Source: Candidatus Micrarchaeota archaeon (lineage in GTDB: Archaea; Micrarchaeota; Micrarchaeia; Anstonellales; Bilamarchaeaceae). Taken from it: a stretch of 64,000 nt of DNA. The stretch covers positions 640,001 through 704,000 of the forward strand of contig JBDRCX010000006.1 of NCBI GenBank assembly GCA_043821365.1. Direction: 5' to 3'. The translations under genes and the position numbers were made by a program. Each line of letters begins with the position of its first letter. Within the stretch, counting starts at the first letter, position 1. Shown here in pieces: positions 18,909 through 30,800 of the stretch. The notes beneath the pieces were generated by a model, which ran no database searches, had not been told where the DNA came from, and was given only the letters and a program-made list of their open reading frames with translations.

Positions 18909-19985
18909 CTATTGTTGATTTTTCATTAATATATCAACTATTCTTTTACTACTCTTCCCATCGCCGAAAGGGTTCTTCCAATTATTCTTTCTTTCTAACA
19001 TTTCTCGAACTCCTTGTATTATTTTTTGTTCTTCGTGTCCGACAATTATGTTTGCACCTGCTTCGATAGTTTCGGGTCTCTCAGTATTGTCTCTTAATGT
19101 TACACACGGTGTCCCCATTATACAAGCCTCTTCTTGTACTCCTCCAGAATCAGTTAAAATCAGTTTGGCATTTTTTTCTAACATCAAGAAATCCAAGTAC
19201 CCTATTGGTTCAATAATTCCCAGCCTATCTGTCTTAATATGAAATTCTTCAAGCATTTTTTTTGTGCGTGGATGCAGAGGCAACAAAAGCGGGACATTAT
19301 AATAGCTTACAATTTGCTTCAATCCATTAATGATTTTAGTAAGTTTTTCTTTATTGTCAACATTTTCCTGTCTATGCAATGTTGCCAAAAAGTATTCTTT
19401 TGATTTAATATTGTATTTTTCTTGTAATCTATTTCTTTTATCTAGAAGTTCAAAGCAAGAATAGAGCGTGTCTACTATAGTATTCCCAGTCACATAAACA
19501 TTTTTTACTATTCCCTCTTTCATTAGATTTTCCTTTGCTTGAACTGTTGGTGCAAATAAATATTTAGATAGGTGATCAGCCACTATTCTGTTAATCTCCT
19601 CTGGCATACTACGATCATAACTTCTGAGCCCAGCTTCTACGTGTCCTATATCTATTTGTAGTTTGGCTGCTGCAAGCGCACCTGCAAGTACTGTATTTGT
19701 GTCTCCTTGGATTAATACAAGGTCGGGTCTATTTTCTGCAATAATTTTCTCTATACCTATAAGAATTTCTGCTGTTTGTTTTCCATGGGTTCCTGAACCA
19801 GTATCTAGTCTGTAATCTGGTGGTTCCAATCCCAGTTCGTCAAAGAAAACTTTCACCAAACTATTTGAATAATGCTGCCCGGTAAAAATGATACGATATT
19901 CAATATTCTTTCTCTGTAAAGCTCTAATTATAGGATATAGCTTAATAATCTCAGGTCTTGTTCCAATTATTATGTCTATTTTCAT
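18909..19985 (-). CDS. wecB: UDP-N-acetylglucosamine 2-epimerase (non-hydrolysing)
   Basis: GTRPEIIK, QGDTNT, HVEAGLRS, TDSGGVQEEA, RDNTERPE motifs. Confidence 0.95.
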   Translation of the reverse strand: MKIDIIIGTRPEIIKLYPIIRALQRKNIEYRIIFTGQHYSNSLVKVFFDELGLEPPDYRLDTGSGTHGKQTAEILIGIEKIIAENRPDLVLIQGDTNTVLAGALAAAKLQIDIGHVEAGLRSYDRSMPEEINRIVADHLSKYLFAPTVQAKENLMKEGIVKNVYVTGNTIVDTLYSCFELLDKRNRLQEKYNIKSKEYFLATLHRQENVDNKEKLTKIINGLKQIVSYYNVPLLLPLHPRTKKMLEEFHIKTDRLGIIEPIGYLDFLMLEKNAKLILTDSGGVQEEACIMGTPCVTLRDNTERPETIEAGANIIVGHEEQKIIQGVREMLERKNNWKNPFGDGKSSKRIVDILMKNQQ

Positions 19986-20013
19986 GATATTTAAGCCTCA
20001 ATATTCCTCTCAT

Positions 20014-20802
20014 TCATATCAATTTAGCATCGTTCAACACCAATAAATTTGTTTCGTCATTTAAAAATCTATAAATTGGTGTTATGATCCATCTTGGGAT
20101 TTTTATTTTCGGAAGTGGTGTTCTTAAGATAAGCCATAATCTTATCACTGATAAAAACATCTTCAGTGGTGTCTTGATTATGTCTATTTTGCTTTTCATA
20201 CGGTGATTATACTCTATGTGTTCCTCAGCTATCTTTCCATATTGTTTACTTCTAAATAACAATTCTACATCAAATGCCCATCCTGTCAAACCTAATTTAG
20301 GAATTATTTTGTCAATTACTGTTTTCTTAAAAATTTTCGCACCACATTGTGTGTCTTCTATATCTAAACAAAACAAAGTATTGACCAGAATATTAAAACT
20401 TCTTGATAGGAATATGCGTAATAATGGCATCTTACTTTTTGATCTAGTTCTGAATCTTGACCCTACTATACCTAAGTGGTCTTCCGAATTAATGAGCTTG
20501 TTTATTAATTTTTCATACTCCTTGTATGGTATTGATCCATCTGCATCCACATAACCAACAAACTCGCATTTAGCTTTCTTTAATCCCTCTATTATTGCTC
20601 CTCCTTTTCCCAACCTTTTATTATATTCCAAGACAGTTATTTTGTTATTTTTATTATTATTCGCTACTCTAGCAGTGTTGTCTGTCCCATCACAAATAAC
20701 AACTATCTCTTTTATGCTTTTTATCGAAGAATAATCTTGGATTGTTTTAAGTATGTGGTTTTCTTCATTATGTGCAGGAATTATAAGAGATAGATTACCC
20801 AT
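20014..20802 (-). CDS. GT2 glycosyltransferase (dolichyl-phosphate sugar synthase-like)
   Basis: IIPAHNEE, GKGGA, YVDADG, DTQCGAK, GWAFDVE motifs. Confidence 0.85.
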   Translation of the reverse strand: MGNLSLIIPAHNEENHILKTIQDYSSIKSIKEIVVICDGTDNTARVANNNKNNKITVLEYNKRLGKGGAIIEGLKKAKCEFVGYVDADGSIPYKEYEKLINKLINSEDHLGIVGSRFRTRSKSKMPLLRIFLSRSFNILVNTLFCLDIEDTQCGAKIFKKTVIDKIIPKLGLTGWAFDVELLFRSKQYGKIAEEHIEYNHRMKSKIDIIKTPLKMFLSVIRLWLILRTPLPKIKIPRWIITPIYRFLNDETNLLVLNDAKLI

Positions 20803-22375
20803 CGTATTCGCCTTCTATATGGTATGCAACTAAGCACCCTTCACTTTTATAAATTTCTGCTTGATCGGCAATCCAACTAAAATTTTCTTTATATATTGTA
20901 CAAGTATCAAGTATTACATAAGTTAAATTATTGCTAATTATACAATCAATATTTTTGCAATTGTAAAGTGATTGGTATTCGCCATTCCACCAACTATAAT
21001 CACTCTCTTTTGTAATGAAAATAATTTTTGGATAGCCATCCTTTTTAGCAGGGGTTATCACTCTACCATCTAGCCCAATTGATCTGCTCCAATTGTATGT
21101 CCAGTATGTCCCAGCAGGTAAATATAATGCTTTTTCTGGTACCATCTCTTTGATGTTAAGGTACTCTTCAGGAATTGAAATTGGATGTAATTGGTTTGCT
21201 AATCCAATTATCGGATAGTTGTAAATAATGACTCCGATAATAAACAATGAAAAAACAAATTTCTTCTGCTTAGTTGCTATTGAGCCCAAACCCACAGGCA
21301 ATAAAAATGCATAAAAAAGTGTAATCAATTCAACAAACTTGTTACTATCTCTAAAGCCAGAAAAAAGTGGAACAAAATCAACTGCAAAATTAAATATTGG
21401 CGAAATTGGGCCAAGAGCCAATACAAAACCAATAATGGCTGCAGCAGCTAATCCATATCCAAATATTTTTTCCTCCATAACACCTAGAGTTGACAGGTAA
21501 ATAAACAAAACAACTGCCAAAACAAAAGCAACATACGGCAAAGTGTTATAACTAAGCAAAAGCCCTGCCTCCCTCCAAGAACCAAACTGGGCAGCTGTTT
21601 TCAAAAATACATTAAATGAAATAGAACCACTTGGACTGAAAAAACCAATATCACCTGAATCAATAGAGGAAAAGACAGAAGCCTGAGGAAGAATGAAAAA
21701 TGCTGCAATCCAATATAAATTCAACAAAACAAAAGCCCCAAAAAAATACGGTACAGTCTCAATTATTTTTTTCTGATTTTTCTTATTTAAAAAATAGAAA
21801 AACCCAACCACAAAAAACAAAATAAAATGAAGAACAATCCCATGTATCTGGACAAAAGTTGACAACGTCAAAAATACTGCAGCCAAAATAGCATTATCTC
21901 TATTTGGTTCATCAAAATATTTCTTTGTAAAAAACAAAAACAACGGAGCCAATAAAATATTGAAGACAACTCCAAATTGCCCCATCATTATTCTTTCATA
22001 AACAAATGGAGAGAAACAAAGAATCGCTACTGCCAACAAATACTTCAGTTTGTCTTCTTTAAAAAATAAATAAAGCCCTGCTGATCCACAGGCAAACATC
22101 GATAAAAAGTACAATTTAGAAAAAATTCCAGAAGCCGCATGCCCAAATAACAAAATAAAAGGAACTTGGATAAGAAAATAAGGTATTTTCTTTACAGTTA
22201 TCCAATCTTGAAGAAAAAAATCAGAAAAGTGTTCCAAAGGCCAAAGACTGACGTATCCACCATTCCAATCTAAATAGATAAATTCGCCTGAAGAAAGGAA
22301 AAATTGATAGAGAATAGCAAAACAGGCAATCAAGCCAGGCAGGACTGCCCAAGCAATTTCTTTCCAATTACGCAT
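20795..22375 (-). CDS. Polytopic membrane protein, putative GT-C glycosyltransferase
   Basis: Multiple TM helices; SPFVYER and FSGFRDSNKF motifs. Confidence 0.55.
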   Translation of the reverse strand: MRNWKEIAWAVLPGLIACFAILYQFFLSSGEFIYLDWNGGYVSLWPLEHFSDFFLQDWITVKKIPYFLIQVPFILLFGHAASGIFSKLYFLSMFACGSAGLYLFFKEDKLKYLLAVAILCFSPFVYERIMMGQFGVVFNILLAPLFLFFTKKYFDEPNRDNAILAAVFLTLSTFVQIHGIVLHFILFFVVGFFYFLNKKNQKKIIETVPYFFGAFVLLNLYWIAAFFILPQASVFSSIDSGDIGFFSPSGSISFNVFLKTAAQFGSWREAGLLLSYNTLPYVAFVLAVVLFIYLSTLGVMEEKIFGYGLAAAAIIGFVLALGPISPIFNFAVDFVPLFSGFRDSNKFVELITLFYAFLLPVGLGSIATKQKKFVFSLFIIGVIIYNYPIIGLANQLHPISIPEEYLNIKEMVPEKALYLPAGTYWTYNWSRSIGLDGRVITPAKKDGYPKIIFITKESDYSWWNGEYQSLYNCKNIDCIISNNLTYVILDTCTIYKENFSWIADQAEIYKSEGCLVAYHIEGEYDG

Positions 22376-22406
22376 GTTTTTAATTTATCTTGAATGTTTA
22401 TAATTT

Positions 22407-24290
22407 GTGTTGAATCAGAAATTTTTTGTTATTATCTTTTTTCTATTAGTTGCATCAATACTAACAGCCCAAATAATGTGGAAAAATTCAATATCATCTG
22501 AATTAGCTTTAATTCCTTATTTACTTTTCATACCATTATTCTTCATAAAAAAAATAGATGGAAGATGGTTCATTGTTGGAGCCTTGGGATTTCTTATACT
22601 ATCAGGGTTAATCTTAATTTTAAAAAATAGTGAAAAATTAGCAAATCTTTCTGCAATTCATGCATATTACTCTCTAACAGCAGGAGTAATTTTGATGATA
22701 ATAGAAATGATCACAAAAAGAACTGACAAAGAACTTTATTTTATCGAATGGAAAGACATAAAATTCAAAACACCAACAGTACATTTCAATAGAATACCTC
22801 GAATGCAAAAAGTTCATTACAGTAGCGGTAAAAAAATATCTGTTCCAAAAATCCAATTAAACCTCATCTTAAATGCATTTAACTTTCTAGCAGACTGGTT
22901 CTGGGAACTAGCAATTTTCACATCAGTTATGTTCGGAGGTTTATTATTTTTAATTCTAAAAAAATTCGATGAACCAATCTATTTCATTGGAATTGAAAGA
23001 GAACTTGCACCATTCTTAATCGGTTCATTACTCTTAACACTAATTGCAGGATACTTAAGATACAAAGATCATCTAAAACAAAACAAAAACTACGATCTAA
23101 TGAAAAATGCAGGATTTTTCTCTTTTGCAAATATCATTGGAAATGCATTCAATTTTATTTTCCATTTCTATGTTGCAAGATTTATCACAATAACAGAATA
23201 TGGAGTTTTAAACGCATTAATTGCAGCAATTTCATTATTCCTTCTTCCAATCGGTAGTTTCTCTGCATTAATAGTAAAACAAATAGCAAAAGAAGACAAT
23301 AAAGAAAAAATCTCAGGAATTGCAAAGGCAACCATAAAAACTGCCATTCTCCTTTCATTGTTTATAATGGCAGTTTTATTCATAGCAAAAGAACCATTAC
23401 AAGACTATTTTCATATCACTGATGATCTAATTATTTTCTTGTTTGTAATAAATGTTGGATTACTTCTGATTTCAAATACACTAAACGGTATTTTACAAGG
23501 TTTACAAAGATTTTTCATCTCAGGTTCTGTTTTCATTTTCTCTTCAGGTGTTAAACTTGCAATAATGTTCTATTTGGTGGCAATAGTAAGCTTAGGTTTA
23601 GTTGGTGCAGTTACAGCCTATGCTGTTATTCCACTAGTTACTATCGTACTAATCTTCTATTTTGTACATTCATTCTTACTTCAAAAATCAGAAAGCTTCA
23701 ATATTTTCAAATTAAAAAGAGAATATCTTGCAATAGTGGCAATAGATATTGGTTTATTCCTTGCATTAAGTGGAGATTTATTAGTTTTAGGAAATTTATT
23801 TCCAAATGATGATCTTGGTTTTTACGCGGCAGCTTCTGTTATTGCTAAAATACTAACATTTGCTTTACTTCCATTTGCAAATGTTGCTTTCCCAAAAATA
23901 GTTTCTCAAATCAAAACAGGTTCAGAAAAGGCAACTTTTTGGCTAACTTTAACTGGAGTTCTACTTGGAGGGTTGGTCTTCCTTGCTGTCTATTATATAT
24001 TAGGGCATCATATAATTTCATTTGTATACTCAACAAAATACACAGAAGCAATGCAATTTTTACTAATTCTAACGGTTTCTGCGATTTTTTATACTGCAAA
24101 CATGGTAATCTCAAGATATATGATTGCACATGAAAAAAGAGCATACTCTATTTTTGCATTCTTAATTCCAATAATTGGACTTGTATCAATTTACATCTTA
24201 CTTCCAGCAATTCAAGACGTTCCATTTTTCATGCTAGGTATAAATCTACTATTGGCAATTATCGGATTGATATTCGTCACTAAGAAGTAA
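22407..24290 (+). CDS. Oligosaccharide flippase (Wzx/MATE-like) with an N-terminal membrane extension
   Basis: NIIGNAFNFIFHFYVAR...EYGVLNAL and D...LGFYAAAS motifs; more than 12 TM helices. Confidence 0.75.
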   Translation: MLNQKFFVIIFFLLVASILTAQIMWKNSISSELALIPYLLFIPLFFIKKIDGRWFIVGALGFLILSGLILILKNSEKLANLSAIHAYYSLTAGVILMIIEMITKRTDKELYFIEWKDIKFKTPTVHFNRIPRMQKVHYSSGKKISVPKIQLNLILNAFNFLADWFWELAIFTSVMFGGLLFLILKKFDEPIYFIGIERELAPFLIGSLLLTLIAGYLRYKDHLKQNKNYDLMKNAGFFSFANIIGNAFNFIFHFYVARFITITEYGVLNALIAAISLFLLPIGSFSALIVKQIAKEDNKEKISGIAKATIKTAILLSLFIMAVLFIAKEPLQDYFHITDDLIIFLFVINVGLLLISNTLNGILQGLQRFFISGSVFIFSSGVKLAIMFYLVAIVSLGLVGAVTAYAVIPLVTIVLIFYFVHSFLLQKSESFNIFKLKREYLAIVAIDIGLFLALSGDLLVLGNLFPNDDLGFYAAASVIAKILTFALLPFANVAFPKIVSQIKTGSEKATFWLTLTGVLLGGLVFLAVYYILGHHIISFVYSTKYTEAMQFLLILTVSAIFYTANMVISRYMIAHEKRAYSIFAFLIPIIGLVSIYILLPAIQDVPFFMLGINLLLAIIGLIFVTKK

Positions 24291-24329
24291 CTTTTATAAA
24301 CATTCACCACAAGTTCTATTCTGATTCAT

Positions 24330-25943
24330 ATGTTAAATAAAAAAATTCTAGCTCTTTTTGTAGCATTGGCAGTTGTATTTGTTTTAGTTGTAATACCAAG
24401 CAATGCTTTGTCAGTTTTGTGGACGTATGTTCAGTATAATTCATCATCTGGTATGGTGGATTATATATTATCCATCCCAATTGAAAATTACGAAGCTATT
24501 GAACTTGGTGATCCCCCTATTTTATTTATAAGTAGTGATGGTGGGAGTAGTTGGCAAGAACTTTCTTGGGGAATTGATTATAGTGCATATGGTGTAATGT
24601 ATTGGTTACAACCAGGTTATGGATACGGAAATGCTAGTGGGTATGGGTACGGATATGATTACGGTCCTTTCCCAGGTGGATTTGACCATATGTTCTATTA
24701 TCCTGGAACGTATGGTACTGCATATGCATATGGGGATTTGTTTGAAGGTTATGGTTATGGTTATCCAGACGGAGAATTAGTAGTATCTGGAACAATCAAT
24801 ACTTCAAATTACGCACCAGGAACTTATAGAATTAGAGCAGCATTTATTGTTACTACCTTAGATGGTGAACATGCTTTCTACAGTGATGAAGAAATCTTCA
24901 CAATCCCAGGTGGAAACAACAATGGTGGCCAATCAGATCCAGAACTTTCTATTGAATTTGAAACTGATTGTTACAATCATACAATCATTGTAACAAGTGG
25001 TAATAATCTAATATCAAATGCAAAAGTTGTAGTCAATGGAGATACAATAGGTTATACAGATGAAAACGGTGAAATAGAATTTGAAGGATGCACTGATTCA
25101 GTAATAATCCGTGCAACCAAAAGCGGTTATGATTCAGCATTATACAAAGAAGACTTAGACTGTGATTGCAGCGAATCTGGACAAGAAGAACCTGATTGTA
25201 CTACTGACCAAAACTGTGCATACAATGAAGTGTGCACTTCAGGCGAATGCACACCAATAACATGCGACTGCGGAACAATCCAAGATCATGAATGTGTTTC
25301 CTATGAATGCTGTTCAGATTCAGAATGTTCTACAGGCTATTCATGTATATCAAACACATGCGAACAAACTCCAGAAGATGAATGTTCAACTGATGCAGAC
25401 TGTGCTGAAACACAATACTGCTCAAACGGAAGCTGTCTTGAAGTAACAGGAGATTGTGGTTATATTGCAAATCATGCATTCGTAGCATACGAATGTGGTA
25501 CAGATGCAAACTGCCCAACATGTACAGATGGTCTTTGCATCAACAATGAATGTGTTGCAAATGATCTTACTTGTGAAGATGGTTTAGTTGGAGGCACAGC
25601 AAATTGTGCAGCAACAGAAGATAATGCTCCTTGTGCAAACTGTGAATATGAAGTAACAACTCCTGATGGTCAAACTCTAACAGGAACAACAGATGAAAAT
25701 GGTAACTTTAATCTACCATTAAACCTTGTTGGTACCTATACAGTTTCACTCATTAAAGGTGGAGTTGAAGTATCCTCAACTGAAGTAACTTCAAGTCAAA
25801 CTACAGTTGTTGACGATGATAAACCACCAGTTGTTGGTTCTGATCCAATGCAGTTTATTTTCTTAGCAGTAATTTTGTTGTTACTGGCTGCAATAGTGAT
25901 ATACTGGTATAGTACAAGGGGAAAAAAGAGTAAACACAAATAA
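24330..25943 (+). CDS. Surface protein paralogue 1 (signal peptide, Tyr-Gly-rich domain, Cys-rich repeats, C-terminal TM anchor)
   Basis: MLNKKILALFVALAVV... leader, GYGYG repeats, CxxDxxC repeats, TM helix plus basic tail. Confidence 0.8.
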   Translation: MLNKKILALFVALAVVFVLVVIPSNALSVLWTYVQYNSSSGMVDYILSIPIENYEAIELGDPPILFISSDGGSSWQELSWGIDYSAYGVMYWLQPGYGYGNASGYGYGYDYGPFPGGFDHMFYYPGTYGTAYAYGDLFEGYGYGYPDGELVVSGTINTSNYAPGTYRIRAAFIVTTLDGEHAFYSDEEIFTIPGGNNNGGQSDPELSIEFETDCYNHTIIVTSGNNLISNAKVVVNGDTIGYTDENGEIEFEGCTDSVIIRATKSGYDSALYKEDLDCDCSESGQEEPDCTTDQNCAYNEVCTSGECTPITCDCGTIQDHECVSYECCSDSECSTGYSCISNTCEQTPEDECSTDADCAETQYCSNGSCLEVTGDCGYIANHAFVAYECGTDANCPTCTDGLCINNECVANDLTCEDGLVGGTANCAATEDNAPCANCEYEVTTPDGQTLTGTTDENGNFNLPLNLVGTYTVSLIKGGVEVSSTEVTSSQTTVVDDDKPPVVGSDPMQFIFLAVILLLLAAIVIYWYSTRGKKSKHK

Positions 25944-25961
25944 TTTTTTTCTTATTTTTTT
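25944..25961 (+). terminator. Oligo-T terminator-like tract
   Basis: tttttttcttattttttt directly after the stop; a near-identical tract follows paralogue 2 (27804-27820). Confidence 0.5.
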
Positions 25962-26030
25962 AAATTTTAATTCTCTAAGGAAAAAAACAAAAGCTTATAA
26001 ATCTCTTTTTTAAGTTATTATCGGATTCAT

Positions 26031-27803
26031 ATGTTAAACAAAAAAATTCTCGCGCTCTTTGTAGCATTGGCAGTTGTATTTGTTTTAGTTGTAATACCAA
26101 GCAATGCTTTGTCAGTTGTTTGGGATTATCTTGTATATAACACTACTAGCGATACTGTTGATTTCGTGTTAAACATCTCATTGAATACTAATGAATTGAT
26201 CGATAATCCTATGGTCAGTATATTCTTCTTTAATACAACAAGTGGGCAATGGGAAGATATTACTTCGCTTGCAGACTTTGCCTGTTCTTATGGTAATAAC
26301 CTCATTCAAGTGCCTGGTTATGGCTATTCTTATGGATACGGCTATGGCGATTTTGTTGAAGCTTTTACACCATCTTATTTCGGTTACGGTGGTTATGGCT
26401 ATTCCTATGGATACGGCTATGGTGATGGGTGGTTTGCTACTGCACCAGATTCCATGGTTTGTACAGGTGATATAAATGTGTCCTCATTTGAACCAGGGAC
26501 ATACGACATAAGAGCAGTTCTTATTGTTGACAGTACATTTGGTCAACATGCTTTCTATAGCGACACTGGTCAGTTTACAAAAACTTTTTCATCACCCCCA
26601 GTATTAAACCTAATCCAACCAGCAGATGAATATTATACTGGTTTAACTTCAGTTAATTGGAGCTTTAATGTTAGTGATGATAGTAATTCCACTAACTGTA
26701 CTGTCAATCTAAACGGAATTCCAAATCAAACAAGAACAAATCTAGCTAACGCGCAATACAATGGCGCATTCACTGGTTTACCAGATGGAGAATACAATTG
26801 GAGTGTTAACTGTACTGACGGTGTAACTCCGGTATTTTCTGAAGTAAGAGACTTCACAGTTGATACTGAAGATCCAATTGTAACACTAGTCTCACCAGAT
26901 GATGGAGATGAAACAACTGATAGAACTCCAGCATTTAGATATACATTTACTGATGATCTTTCTCCAACTGCAGAATGTTCATTATACGTTGATGATGAAC
27001 TAGAAGGAACTGATACAGAAGAAGAAGGTGCAACTGGTCAGATAGTCTCATCAACTTTAGACTTAGGAGATCATGAATGGTATGTTGAATGTACTGATGA
27101 AGGTGGAAACTCTGACACAAGCTCAACCTGGGATCTTACAATCATCTCAGGAGGCGGTGGCGGAGGAGGAGGCGGTGGCGGTGGTAGTGGTGGAGCTGCT
27201 ACAACTGATCAAAACGTTACTGTTCCACATGACGACGACGACGAATGTAACAAAGATTCACAATGTGCAGCTGATGAAGCATGCTTTGGTGGAGAATGTA
27301 CTGAGGTAACAGGCATCTGTGGTTATGCAGCAAATCATAAATGGAATTATTACGACTGCTGTGATGATTCTGGCTGTGATGCTGGTTACACCTGTGTAAG
27401 CCATGTATGTAATGCATTGCCTCCTGAGGACGAATGTACAACTGATGCAGACTGCGATGCAGGACAAGCTTGTGTAAGGGGAACTTGTCAAAATAAAGTC
27501 AACCAATCAACTACAATCAACCCACAAGTAGAATGTACAACTGACAGTGAATGTGGACTGGGTGAGAATTGTGTGGAGAATGTATGTACTCAGCCAACAC
27601 AAGGATGTTTCCAAATCCTTGGTATATGCTGGTATTATCTTGCTGGTGCATTAGTGCTATTACTACTGGGTGGTTTGTTACTACTAGGTGGTGGAGCAGC
27701 TTTATGGGCATCTCAGGGCCAACATCCAAAGAAATACAATTTCAAAGAAAGAGAACACCACAGAAAAAGACACTATAAGCATCACAGAAAGCACAAAAAA
27801 TAA
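26031..27803 (+). CDS. Surface protein paralogue 2 (Tyr-Gly domain, Ig-like domains, poly-Gly linker, Cys-rich repeats, TM, His/Lys/Arg tail)
   Basis: Same leader as paralogue 1; long poly-Gly run; C-terminal HHRKRHYKHHRKHKK. Confidence 0.8.
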   Translation: MLNKKILALFVALAVVFVLVVIPSNALSVVWDYLVYNTTSDTVDFVLNISLNTNELIDNPMVSIFFFNTTSGQWEDITSLADFACSYGNNLIQVPGYGYSYGYGYGDFVEAFTPSYFGYGGYGYSYGYGYGDGWFATAPDSMVCTGDINVSSFEPGTYDIRAVLIVDSTFGQHAFYSDTGQFTKTFSSPPVLNLIQPADEYYTGLTSVNWSFNVSDDSNSTNCTVNLNGIPNQTRTNLANAQYNGAFTGLPDGEYNWSVNCTDGVTPVFSEVRDFTVDTEDPIVTLVSPDDGDETTDRTPAFRYTFTDDLSPTAECSLYVDDELEGTDTEEEGATGQIVSSTLDLGDHEWYVECTDEGGNSDTSSTWDLTIISGGGGGGGGGGGGSGGAATTDQNVTVPHDDDDECNKDSQCAADEACFGGECTEVTGICGYAANHKWNYYDCCDDSGCDAGYTCVSHVCNALPPEDECTTDADCDAGQACVRGTCQNKVNQSTTINPQVECTTDSECGLGENCVENVCTQPTQGCFQILGICWYYLAGALVLLLLGGLLLLGGGAALWASQGQHPKKYNFKEREHHRKRHYKHHRKHKK

Positions 27804-27898
27804 TCTTTTTTCTTATTTTTTATCTAATTTTTCTGTCTTACATGCTCCTCAAAAAGATTTATAAAGATCGTAGCTTTTGTCTATAGTGAGTGAGGCTT

Positions 27899-30800
27899 AT
27901 GTTAAATAAAAAAATTCTAGCTCTTTTTGTAGCATTGGCAGTTGTATTTGTTTTAGTTGTAATACCAAGTAATGCTCTTTCAGTTGTTTGGGATTACATA
28001 GTCTATAATGGTACTGCAGATGCAATTGATTTCCAACTTAATGTTTCTCTAGAAAATTCTGAATTTGTGAATATTGATGATGTAAAAATTTTCACTAATG
28101 CTAGCGGTAGTTGGGAGGAAGTTCCTGCTTCTTTAGATTGGGATTATGTTCAAATGGGCCTCACACCATCTGATGGCTATGGTTATGGGGCATATGGATA
28201 TGGTTATGGAGATTTTGTTGGTCCTTTCTTAACAAGTTATCTTGGCTATGGTGGATATGGATATGCTTATGGTTATGATAATGGTTATAGGGCCGTCGGT
28301 GGACCTGGTTTAATATTAATAAATGGGCAATTTAATGCAACTGGAATACCTCCAGGAAAATATTATCTCAAAGCAGTTGTTATTGTGAATACTCCAACTG
28401 GCCAGCATGCTTTCTATAGTGATGTTTATGATGTAACCATACCAACCTTACGTTTCCTTCACTTTACTGATAATGGTGTGATAAATAGAGATTACATAAA
28501 AGCAATGATTGATGCAGATGATGAGTATAAAAATTTCACTTATTATCTTTACAATGATTCTGGTTTTGTGAATAAATCATATTTAGCAAGTGAAACTGTT
28601 GGAGTTGCAACTGGAATTGCATATACTTGTTTCCTAAAAACAAACGGTTCAGTCCAATGCCAAGGTTACAATCCCAGTGGTGAAGCGAATAATTACACTG
28701 GTAATGATGTAGTCCAAGTTTCTGCAGGTTATCACCATACTTGTTTCCTCAAAGCAAACGGTTCAGTCCAATGCCAAGGTCAAAATGGTTTTGGTCAATC
28801 AAATAATTATAGTGGTAATGATGCTATACAGGTTACTACACAAGAATACCATACTTGTTTCCTCAAAGCAAACGGTTCAGTCCAATGTCAAGGAGATAAT
28901 TGGGATGGAAGAGCAAATAATTACACTGGTAATGATGTAGTCCAAGTTTCCGCAGGCTGGTATCATACATGTTTCCTAAAAGCAAACGGTTCAGTCCAAT
29001 GTCAAGGCCAAAATCCCGATGGTGGGGCAAATAACTACTTTGGTAATGACGTAATCCAAGTTTCCGCAGGCCATCAATATACCTGTTTCCTAAAAGCAAA
29101 TCGTTCAGTCCAATGCCAAGGTTACAATGACTATGGCAGAGCAAATAATTATTCTGGTACGGATGCTATTCAAATATCTACAAACCAAGACCATATGTGT
29201 ATTCTAAAGGCAAACGGTTCAGTCCAATGCCAAGGTCAAAACGATTCCGGTTCTACTGATCCATATATTGGTAATGACGTAATCCAAGTTTCCGCAGGTG
29301 AACAACATACCTGTTTCCTCAAAGCAAACGGTTCAGTCCAATGCCAAGGTGACAATGACTATGGCCTGGCAAACAATTATTCAGGAACAGATGTTCAAAA
29401 AGCGCCATTCCATGTTTTCAATCATCTACCAGAAGGAAGATATTATCTAAATGCAACTGCATGTGATCTTTCTGGTGATTGCGATTCAACTGAAACTAGA
29501 ACAATAATAATAGATGCAATTCCACCACAAGAACCAGTGATAACATTTAATCATCCATATTACGGATGGACAACTAACAATAATGGATCATACAATATAG
29601 ATGTAATTGTGAATGGTACACTATCAGAAAGTATTGAATCAATTGAATTTTATCTTGATTCAAGTACCTATGGTTTACAATATCTAGGGGATGAATCGCT
29701 CTGTTCACCAGTTGGTCTTATTTACTATTGTTCATTTTCACCAGCTGCTCCTGGAGGAGGTTGGGCAGAAGATGGATATGAACTATGGGTTGAAGTAGAA
29801 TATGGTGGCTATTACGATACTGATGATTCAGTATACTTTATAATCGACGTTACAGCACCAGAAATAGAATTATACAATCCAATAAATGAATACAATACTT
29901 CAAACACAACACCAAATTCTGCTAGTATACTATTCAATTTCTCAGCAGATGATAATATGTTTGATGAAAGTGAATGTGTAATTTATGTAGATGGTATTGT
30001 ACTTAGTCCTCCAGATGAGATTATCACAACTGATGATCCAACAATGCATTGGCAGGGTTTTGGTCTTCCAACTTCTGAAGGAAAACACGAATGGTACCTA
30101 AACTGCACTGATAAAGCTGATAACTGGAATATAAGCGAAACAAGAAACTTTACAATAGATTCAATTCCTCCACATATCACAATGAATGCGCCAACAGATG
30201 GTTATGAAAAGAACTTCACAGATGTTGTTCAGCTTAATGTTACAGTTACTGATAATCTTGCAGACCAACTTAATTGTAGCTGGATGATTAATGGTGTAGA
30301 AGTATCACTTGGACTTGTAGCAAATGATTCAATACTAAACCTAACCCGATCAAACGAACCATATGAAGGAAAATACTATTGGAATATGACTTGTATTGAT
30401 GAGATTGGAAACCAAAATACAAGTGAAACTTGGTATTATTTGATAAATGATAGCACTGCTCCAACTGTGAATCTAATCTCTCCAGCTACAGGCTATTCAA
30501 CAACAGACAGAACACCAACAATGGAGTTTAATTTCACAGATCCATACTCTCCAACTGCAGTTTGTACATTATATGTTGGTGGAACTGCAAAAGGCTCAAA
30601 AACTGTAGATAATGCAACGAATGATGAAATAACATCAACAACACTTTCAGTTGGCAGTTACACTTGGTACATATCCTGTACTGATCTTGGTGATAATGTT
30701 GGTAATTCATCAACACGTTCAATTACCATAAACTCGGTGCCAGGCCAAGGAGGCGGTGGCGGAGGTAGTGGCTCTGTTGACACTGATAGAAACACTACAA

